A DNA stretch of 64,000 bases from Clostridiaceae bacterium (GTDB lineage: Bacteria > Bacillota > Clostridia > Oscillospirales > QAMX01): NCBI GenBank assembly GCA_018384365.1, contig JAHAYX010000032.1, positions 2,826 through 66,825 of the forward strand, written 5' to 3'. A program made the position numbers and the translations under genes. Below are positions 58,066 to 64,000 of the stretch, in pieces. The notes beneath the pieces are model-generated. The model worked only from the letters and a program-made list of their open reading frames with translations. It did not search any database and was not told where the DNA came from. The stretch's first letter is position 1, and each line of letters starts with the position of its first letter.

Positions 58066-59531
58066 TTCTTTCTGGGGTTGGAGGCGATTCGCGCTTGTGT
58101 AATGAGATCATTTTTGATGTCCCAAAGCGGCTTTGAGAGATCCACATAATATTTATGCGGGTTTTCAAAACGCAGAACCTCGTCCCAAAGGGTTGCAACC
58201 TGGTCGCGGCAATAATTCTGGATATCGTGGATATCCGGCGTCTCATAGCAGCATTCGCCCTTGCGGAAGATCTGGACGGGGAGACGGACCGCATGGAAAT
58301 CGTCCACCCACTGACTCTTCCAGACGTGCTCCGGATCGAAGAGCAGATAGGGTTCCTCGTTCGTGATTTCTTCCTCATGGAGTGTGACCACATCCGCGAT
58401 GGCGTGGTTGGTTGCGTTATCGAACAAACGCCAAACGCTCTTGAAGCCCGGCGTTGTCATTTTCCCGACGTTTTCGGAGAGCTTGAGCTTCGGAATCAGT
58501 TCGCCGTCCTTCATAACGCCGGAAAGTTTATATACACCGCCGAACACCGGCTCGGAGCGGGAGGTAATCAGGCGCTCGCCGACGCCGAAGGAATCGATCG
58601 GCGCGTGCTGCGAGAGCAGATCTTTAATGATAAACTCATCAAGTGCATTGGAAACAACAATTTTGCAATCCGGGAAGCCTTCGCGGTCGAGAATACGGCG
58701 CACTTCGCGCGAGAGATAGGCCAGGTCGCCGGAATCAATGCGGATGCCCTTCGGGCGGTAGCCCTTGGGCTCCAGCACTTCGCGGAATACGCGGATGGCG
58801 TTCGGCAGGCCGGATTTTAAAACGCTGTACGTATCGATCAGCAGCGTACAGTTGTCCGGATATTCCTCGGCATAGGCGCGGAAAGCTTCGTATTCGGAGT
58901 CAAACATCATCACCCAGCTGTGCGCCATCGTCCCGGTGGCGGGAATGCCGTAATCGCGGTCCGCCATGGCGCAGGCAGTGGCTGCACAGCCGCCGATGTA
59001 GGCTGCACGTGCGCCAAGCACGGCGCCGTCGCCGCCCTGTGCGCGGCGGGAACCGAATTCCATCACGGCACGTCCCTGCGCGGCGCGGCAGACGCGGTTT
59101 GCCTTCGTTGCGATCAGGCTCTGGTGGTTGATCAGCAGCAGCAGCATGGTTTCAATAAACTGCGCCTGAATGACGGGGCCGCGCACCGTCACGATCGGCT
59201 CACCGGGGAAGATCGGCGTGCCTTCCGGAATGGCCCAAACGTCACAGACAAACTTGAAATGCAGCAGATACTGCAAAAAATCTTCGCTGAAGCATTTCTT
59301 CGAGCGCAGGTATTCAATATCTTCCTGGTCAAAATTCAGATTTTTGAGATAGTCAATGAGCTGTTCCACACCCGCCATAATGGCATACCCGCCGCCGTCC
59401 GGGACGGAGCGGAAGAACATATCAAAGCAGACCTCCTGATCGCCAAAACCGCGGACAAAATAGCCGTTGGCCATGGTGAGCTCATAAAAGTCCGTTAAAA
59501 GGGTGGAATTCAAATAAACACTTTTTTTCAT
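58062..59531 (-). CDS. pncB: Nicotinate phosphoribosyltransferase
   Basis: 489 aa with LTDFYELTMANGYF and GTMAHSWVM motifs. Confidence 0.95.
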   Translation of the reverse strand: MKKSVYLNSTLLTDFYELTMANGYFVRGFGDQEVCFDMFFRSVPDGGGYAIMAGVEQLIDYLKNLNFDQEDIEYLRSKKCFSEDFLQYLLHFKFVCDVWAIPEGTPIFPGEPIVTVRGPVIQAQFIETMLLLLINHQSLIATKANRVCRAAQGRAVMEFGSRRAQGGDGAVLGARAAYIGGCAATACAMADRDYGIPATGTMAHSWVMMFDSEYEAFRAYAEEYPDNCTLLIDTYSVLKSGLPNAIRVFREVLEPKGYRPKGIRIDSGDLAYLSREVRRILDREGFPDCKIVVSNALDEFIIKDLLSQHAPIDSFGVGERLITSRSEPVFGGVYKLSGVMKDGELIPKLKLSENVGKMTTPGFKSVWRLFDNATNHAIADVVTLHEEEITNEEPYLLFDPEHVWKSQWVDDFHAVRLPVQIFRKGECCYETPDIHDIQNYCRDQVATLWDEVLRFENPHKYYVDLSKPLWDIKNDLITQARIASNPRKK

Positions 59532-59583
59532 GATTACACTTCCAATCAGTGTTCCGCACTGGAAAGCCGGAACGCGCGTGGTA

Positions 59584-59612
59584 TGAAAAAGCCGCCGTCA
59601 AAAGCGGCGGCT
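59584..59612 (-). terminator. Rho-independent terminator after pduL
   Basis: Stem AGCCGCCG/CGGCGGCT with a 7-nt loop, then TTTTC on the minus strand. Confidence 0.7.
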
Positions 59613-59630
59613 CTTCCTTTTGCAATAGAC

Positions 59631-60200
59631 TTATTTGATGATTTCGCCGTAGATTTCGCCGGAAATGCCGGCTGCATTACACTCGTCAACATCAATGTGC
59701 ATGGCAGGCATGAAGCTTTCGCTGACACGGATGACCACGTCGTCATAGATGACGGGGCGGGAAGAATCGATCTTCACGCTGACGGTGTCGCCGTTTTTCA
59801 CGCCGAATTCCTCGGCGTCACAGGGACGGAGGTGGATATGGCGCTTCGCGCAGATCACGCCTTCTTCGATGGTGACGCTGCCCTTCGGGCCAATCAGTTC
59901 ACAGGAACCGGAGCCGGCGATATCGCCGCTTTCGCGCACGGGAGCCGTCACACCGATGGCACGGGCGTCAGTCAGGGTGATTTCAACCTGCGTTGCCTTG
60001 CGGATCGGGCCGAGGATGGAAACGCCGGGGAACTCGCTCTTTTTGCCGACGACGCGGACCTTTTCATTGGAGAGGTACTGTCCGGGCTGGGACAGTTCTT
60101 TTTTCACGGTGAGCTCATAGCCCTCGCCGAAGAGAATATCGAGCACCTCACGGGTGACGTGCAGATGTCTGGCAGATGTTTCAACTAAAACCTTGGACAT
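59631..60200 (-). CDS. pduL: Phosphate propanoyl/acetyl-transferase, PduL type
   Basis: Two PduL repeats (SARHLHVT... and AKRHIHL...). GAAGGAGG lies upstream of ATG 60200. Confidence 0.9.
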   Translation of the reverse strand: MSKVLVETSARHLHVTREVLDILFGEGYELTVKKELSQPGQYLSNEKVRVVGKKSEFPGVSILGPIRKATQVEITLTDARAIGVTAPVRESGDIAGSGSCELIGPKGSVTIEEGVICAKRHIHLRPCDAEEFGVKNGDTVSVKIDSSRPVIYDDVVIRVSESFMPAMHIDVDECNAAGISGEIYGEIIK

Positions 60201-60251
60201 GATTGTTCCTCCTTCAAATGGCCGGAGGGCCATTTCGATCTTTTGACACGT

Positions 60252-60280
60252 TATTTTACCATAAGTCCAATTTTTTTTCA
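60252..60280 (-). promoter_or_regulatory. Sigma-A-type promoter of pduL
   Basis: Minus strand: TTGAAA (60280-60275), 17-nt spacer, TAAAAT (60257-60252). Confidence 0.5.
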
Positions 60281-60380
60281 AGACGGACTGGAACTTTTTC
60301 GTTTGAAAACGCGTCAAACAGATACAAAGTCAACAGCGGCCCGGACAGAAAGGTCCGGATCGCGGCGAAGGAGGCATTTT

Positions 60381-61442
60381 ATGAAAAAGCGTATGATAGC
60401 CCTGCTCCTGGCAACGGTTTTGCTTCTGCTCTGCATGGCTGGATGTTCCGCCGGCTCCAAAGGCTATGACGGCGCAGCTGCAGACGACTCCTATTATTAC
60501 AGTTCGCAAAGTACCGTCTATGATAATGCCGCTCCGGCGGAATCGGACTATGACTTGGAGGAAGCAAAGGGAACGAGCGATTCCGGAATGGACAGCTCGC
60601 TTGCGGCAGGGGAAATCGTTTCATCAAACCGCAAGATCATCCGCAATGCGGACATCAATCTGGAAACGAAAGAATTCAATGCCTCTGTGGAAAAGCTGCT
60701 GTGCGTGGTGGAGGAACTGGGCGGCTATATCTCTCAGGCAAACGTTTATGTGTACAATTCCTATTATGAACTGCACAGCGCATATTACACGGTGCGGATT
60801 CCGGCGGAAGAATTCGATCAGTTCTTGACCTACCGCGAAGAAATGGGCACCGTGAGCTCCACGAATATCTGGACGGACGACGTGACCGACTCCTATTTTG
60901 ATATGGAGGCGCGTCTTGAATCGCTGGAGACAAAACGCACGCGCCTTTTGGAACTGCTGGAGCAGGCGGAGGACATGGAAGATATCATCGTACTGGAGTC
61001 GGAGCTCTCCGACACGATTTATGAGATGGAATCTCTCACCGGTTCGCTCCGCCGTCTGGACGACCAGATTTCCTATTCCACGATCAATGTGTATATCGAC
61101 GAGGTGCGCGAAACGACAGAGCCTGTGGCATTGCCCAAAACGCTTGGCGAGCGCATTTCGCAGCAGTTCCGGAACACGATCAACGGCCTTGTGGATTTCG
61201 GCGAGAACTTCATCGTCTGGCTTGTCGGTGCATCGCCGGTTCTGCTGATTCTGGCGGTCATTGTGGTGGTCGGTTTGCTGATTGTGAAACGCGGCGCGGC
61301 AAAGCGCGCGGTGCGTCGGGAGGAAAAGGCGAGGAAGAATGCCGAGGCCATTGCCCAGTGGCGTGAAACGCACACGGAAACGCCCATTGTTACCAAGACC
61401 ATGCAGAAAGAGGAACCGAATGAGCAGAAGAAACAGGATTGA
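60381..61442 (+). CDS. DUF4349-like lipoprotein with C-terminal TM anchor
   Basis: Lipobox LLCMAGC after MKKRMIALLLATVLL, a coiled-coil middle and a C-terminal TM segment. GAAGGAGG lies upstream of ATG 60381. Confidence 0.75.
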   Translation: MKKRMIALLLATVLLLLCMAGCSAGSKGYDGAAADDSYYYSSQSTVYDNAAPAESDYDLEEAKGTSDSGMDSSLAAGEIVSSNRKIIRNADINLETKEFNASVEKLLCVVEELGGYISQANVYVYNSYYELHSAYYTVRIPAEEFDQFLTYREEMGTVSSTNIWTDDVTDSYFDMEARLESLETKRTRLLELLEQAEDMEDIIVLESELSDTIYEMESLTGSLRRLDDQISYSTINVYIDEVRETTEPVALPKTLGERISQQFRNTINGLVDFGENFIVWLVGASPVLLILAVIVVVGLLIVKRGAAKRAVRREEKARKNAEAIAQWRETHTETPIVTKTMQKEEPNEQKKQD

Positions 61443-61481
61443 CCTGACTGGGACGCTCACTGTGATTTGACGGTTAGTGAC

Positions 61482-61527
61482 AAAACCGCGCCCTTTCCCT
61501 GAAAACAGGGAGGGCGCGGTTTTTTTT
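61482..61527. terminator. Bidirectional terminator between convergent genes
   Basis: AAAACCGCGCCCT...AGGGCGCGGTTTTTTTT. Confidence 0.85.
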
Positions 61528-61543
61528 GGTTTTCCGGCAGTGC

Positions 61544-61852
61544 TCAGGCGTTCAGCATGGCCTCGATGTCATCCTTCGGGCGGAAACCGATGGAGGTCGC
61601 GACAGGCTTGCCTTCCTTGAAGAGAATCAGTGTGGGGATGCTCATCACCTGGAATTGCATGGCAAGCTCCTGTTCCTCGTCGACGTTTACCTTGGCAAGC
61701 GTGATTTCCGGATGCTCGGCTGCGAGAATATCCAGCGTGGGGGCCAGCATACGGCAGGGGCCGCACCAGGAGGCCCAGAAATCGACCAGTACGGGTTTTT
61801 CGGAATGTAAAACTTCCTGTTCAAAATTGGCTTTATTGACATGGATGGACAT
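61544..61852 (-). CDS. trxA: Thioredoxin
   Basis: WCGPC active site. AAAGGAG lies upstream of ATG 61852. Confidence 0.95.
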   Translation of the reverse strand: MSIHVNKANFEQEVLHSEKPVLVDFWASWCGPCRMLAPTLDILAAEHPEITLAKVNVDEEQELAMQFQVMSIPTLILFKEGKPVATSIGFRPKDDIEAMLNA

Positions 61853-61987
61853 TGCAGTCACTCCTTTCCGTTTGTTGACTTCAGTATAGCACAAATTTCA
61901 TGGGTTGTCTGTGACTAAGTTGCCCAAAAGAACTGAATTCATGCAAAATTTTTCTCGGGTTGGGCTGCGCAGGGTTCCGAAGCGGGA

Positions 61988-63121
61988 TCAGTCCGTTTCC
62001 TGCGGAATCGCAATGGGCAGCTTCATCACGTACTGCCGCGAGATGATCTTGTGAAGCGGCGTTTCACGGCGGAACCCCATGCGCTCATAGAACCGCTGCG
62101 CCGTCTTGTTCACTGAAGCGACATTCAGACGGAGCGTTTTCATGCCGCGCGCACGGTATTCGATCACGGCGCGGCCAATCAGCTGTGCGCCCAGACCCAT
62201 GCCGCGGTAGGCCGGAAGCAGATAAACAAGCGCAATATGCCCGGTATCCGGTTCGTCGTCCTGACGGGAATCCAGCAGAAGCAGCCCGGCGGGTTTTCCG
62301 TCCGCTAACGGCACAAACGCATTACGACGGTCTGCCTCCATCATGCCGCGCGCGTTGGCGTAAAAACGGTCGCCTGAAAACAGCTGCAGATTGCCGTACA
62401 CAGCGCGCCACGCGTCCTCGCCGCACGCGCGGAGAAAGGCTTCGTCGGCGCGCGCATCCGGACAGCGGTAAGAAAACTGAATTTTTGGGTGCGTATCGGG
62501 GTGAGGATCTGTAAGCCCCTGCAAATGCGTGCAGTCATTGTGACGCACCAGCGTGAAGTTCTGCCCGTCGGTGTCCACCACGGTCACGGCGGCGTTTTTG
62601 ATATACTGCGGCGCATGGAGTGACTCAAATCCCTGAAGCAGGGTGGGCAGCAGTGCGCCGAACGCGCCGCTGTGGCCTACAATGGCAATGCTGCCGCCGG
62701 GATGACGGGCGGCAAGCTGCAAAACTTCCTGTTCCAGCCTGTCCACGGCTTCCCGGACAGATTCTCCACCCGGCGCGGCAAAGGCGCCGAACTCCTCGGC
62801 AATCTGCCGGCGCACGCCGGGATGTGCGGCATAGATATCCCCCCAGGGGACGCCTTCAAACTGTCCAAAGTGAATCTCCCGAAGTGCCGGACGGGGGAGG
62901 ACGGGCAGTCCGGAGGGCGCGGCGACGGCCTTCGCCGTCTGAAAAGCGCGGTAGAGGTCGCTTGCATAGATGGCATCCAGATGAATGCTTTCAAAATAGG
63001 AGGAAACGCAGGGAAGCTGTGCTTTTCCATGTACGGTCAGCAGACCATTATACTGCCCCTCGCAGATGCGGTACAGGTTGCCCTCCGCCTCTGCGTGGCG
63101 GACAAAATAGATGCGCGTCAT
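61988..63121 (-). CDS. Fusion protein: histidine phosphatase (PGM-like) plus GNAT acetyltransferase
   Basis: The N-terminus carries FVRHAEAEGN (an RHG-type motif). The C-terminus carries YLLPAYRGMGLGAQLI and FYERMGF, GNAT motifs A and B. Confidence 0.8.
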   Translation of the reverse strand: MTRIYFVRHAEAEGNLYRICEGQYNGLLTVHGKAQLPCVSSYFESIHLDAIYASDLYRAFQTAKAVAAPSGLPVLPRPALREIHFGQFEGVPWGDIYAAHPGVRRQIAEEFGAFAAPGGESVREAVDRLEQEVLQLAARHPGGSIAIVGHSGAFGALLPTLLQGFESLHAPQYIKNAAVTVVDTDGQNFTLVRHNDCTHLQGLTDPHPDTHPKIQFSYRCPDARADEAFLRACGEDAWRAVYGNLQLFSGDRFYANARGMMEADRRNAFVPLADGKPAGLLLLDSRQDDEPDTGHIALVYLLPAYRGMGLGAQLIGRAVIEYRARGMKTLRLNVASVNKTAQRFYERMGFRRETPLHKIISRQYVMKLPIAIPQETD

Positions 63122-63261
63122 AAGCCCTCCGAAAGCGTGTATATTGATGTATAAGCAGTATACCCCGTTTTGCGGATTCTGTAAAGAGTCGATCCCTGCC
63201 GAAAAGTGCGGTGAAAAAAGGGAAAATGCCGTGCGCTGCGGGCGGAATCGTTCCGTTTTGC

Positions 63262-63303
63262 ATAGAAAAAATGCCGCATATCAAAATGATACGCGGCATT
63301 TTA
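63262..63303 (-). terminator. Rho-independent terminator after rplA
   Basis: ~15-bp stem AAAATGCCGCGTATC/GATATGCGGCATTTT, followed by Ts on the minus strand. Confidence 0.8.
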
Positions 63304-63324
63304 CGATTTGCATGATCACGAAGA

Positions 63325-64000
63325 TTACTTCGACTCGATACGAACCGGGTTGATCTTGATGCCAGGGCCCATCGTGGAAGCAACCACGCAGGAGCGGATG
63401 TACTGGCCTTTTGCTGCGGCGGGTTTCGCACGGATAACGGCGCCAAGCAGGGCGTCAAAGTTCTCCTGCAGCTTTTCCGGACCAAAGGAAACCTTGCCGA
63501 TCGGGCAGTGGATGATGTTGGTCTTATCAAGACGATACTCGATCTTACCGGCCTTTGCTTCCGTAACGGCACGGGCAACGTCAGGAGTGACGGTGCCGGC
63601 CTTCGGGTTCGGCATCAGGCCCTTCGGACCGAGGACACGGCCGAGACGGCCGACAACGCCCATCATATCCGGGGAAGCGATGACGACGTCAAAGTCAAAC
63701 CAGTTTTCTTTCTGGATGCGCTCGACGAGATCGGTGTCACCGACATACTCTGCGCCTGCCTCACGGGCGGCTGCAGCGCGGTCGTCCTTCGCAAAGACGA
63801 GGACGCGGACGGTCTTACCGGTGCCGTTCGGGAGAACGATGGCGCCGCGGACCTGCTGGTCAGCGTGACGGGAGTCAACGCCCAGCTTGATATGGACTTC
63901 AACAGTCTCATCAAATTTTGCTTTCGCGAGTTTCACAACGGAATCCAGAGCTTCGTTGGGATCGTAAAGGCGGAGCTTCTCAATCTGCTTCGCACTCTCT
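63325..64000 (-). CDS. rplA: 50S ribosomal protein L1, 5'-partial at the window edge
   Basis: ...[16 protein letters not shown]...GTGK...[18 protein letters not shown].... The reading frame stays open to position 64000 ([27 protein letters not shown]), so the true start is outside the window. Confidence 0.95.
   Translation of the reverse strand, partial: ESAKQIEKLRLYDPNEALDSVVKLAKAKFDETVEVHIKLGVDSRHADQQVRGAIVLPNGTGKTVRVLVFAKDDRAAAAREAGAEYVGDTDLVERIQKENWFDFDVVIASPDMMGVVGRLGRVLGPKGLMPNPKAGTVTPDVARAVTEAKAGKIEYRLDKTNIIHCPIGKVSFGPEKLQENFDALLGAVIRAKPAAAKGQYIRSCVVASTMGPGIKINPVRIESK

Overview
A 64-kb chromosomal window, probably from a GC-rich Firmicutes/Clostridia-type genome. That placement is inferred from gene content: a FabT/FabK-type FASII cluster, CIRCE-groESL, DUF421/DUF4363 and anSME-sulfatase. 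I support about 55 protein genes. I found no rRNA, tRNA, CRISPR array, transposase or integrase. All family names come from motif recognition and recall; nothing was searched. Layout, left to right: (1) a LacI-controlled glycoside-hydrolase block (MDR dehydrogenase, GH2, GH31, divergent lacI). (2) A GNAT gene, then a small AT-rich insert carrying an orphan type IV pilin-like gene. It abuts a decaying TetR-flavodoxin pair: TetR is frameshifted in a homopolymer, and the flavodoxin ORF tail runs through a terminator. (3) A Zn-ribbon gene and a CNNM/CorC gene with a promoter-uORF-terminator leader. (4) A complete 12-gene fatty-acid synthesis cluster, fabT-fabH-acpP-fabK-fabD-fabG-fabF-accB-fabZ-accC-accD-accA, followed by degV. 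(5) MATE, cobC-cobS and divergent cobU, and a lipid kinase. (6) CIRCE-groES-groEL, a nucleotidyltransferase, alaS, a HIT protein, a methyltransferase and a SASA esterase. (7) DUF4363/DUF421, glycerate kinase, two large uncharacterised glycosidase-like genes and a second GH31. (8) A roughly 3-kb AT-rich accessory island (about 45.1-48.1 kb). It holds a DUF2961/GH172 gene bracketed by two ~210-240-bp direct repeats, a 225-aa orphan protein, and tandem ATCCAC-core repeats over that gene's promoter. (9) Reverse rubrerythrin, a GT4-pyruvyltransferase fusion, rimM-trmD, a DUF4037-anSME-sulfatase module, pncB-cysK-cysE, pduL, a DUF4349 lipoprotein, trxA, a phosphatase-GNAT fusion and the 3' part of rplA. 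The accessory island and its repeated non-coding element are the most unexplained structures. I see no recognisable defence or secretion system, and I do not claim to have found a novel system.
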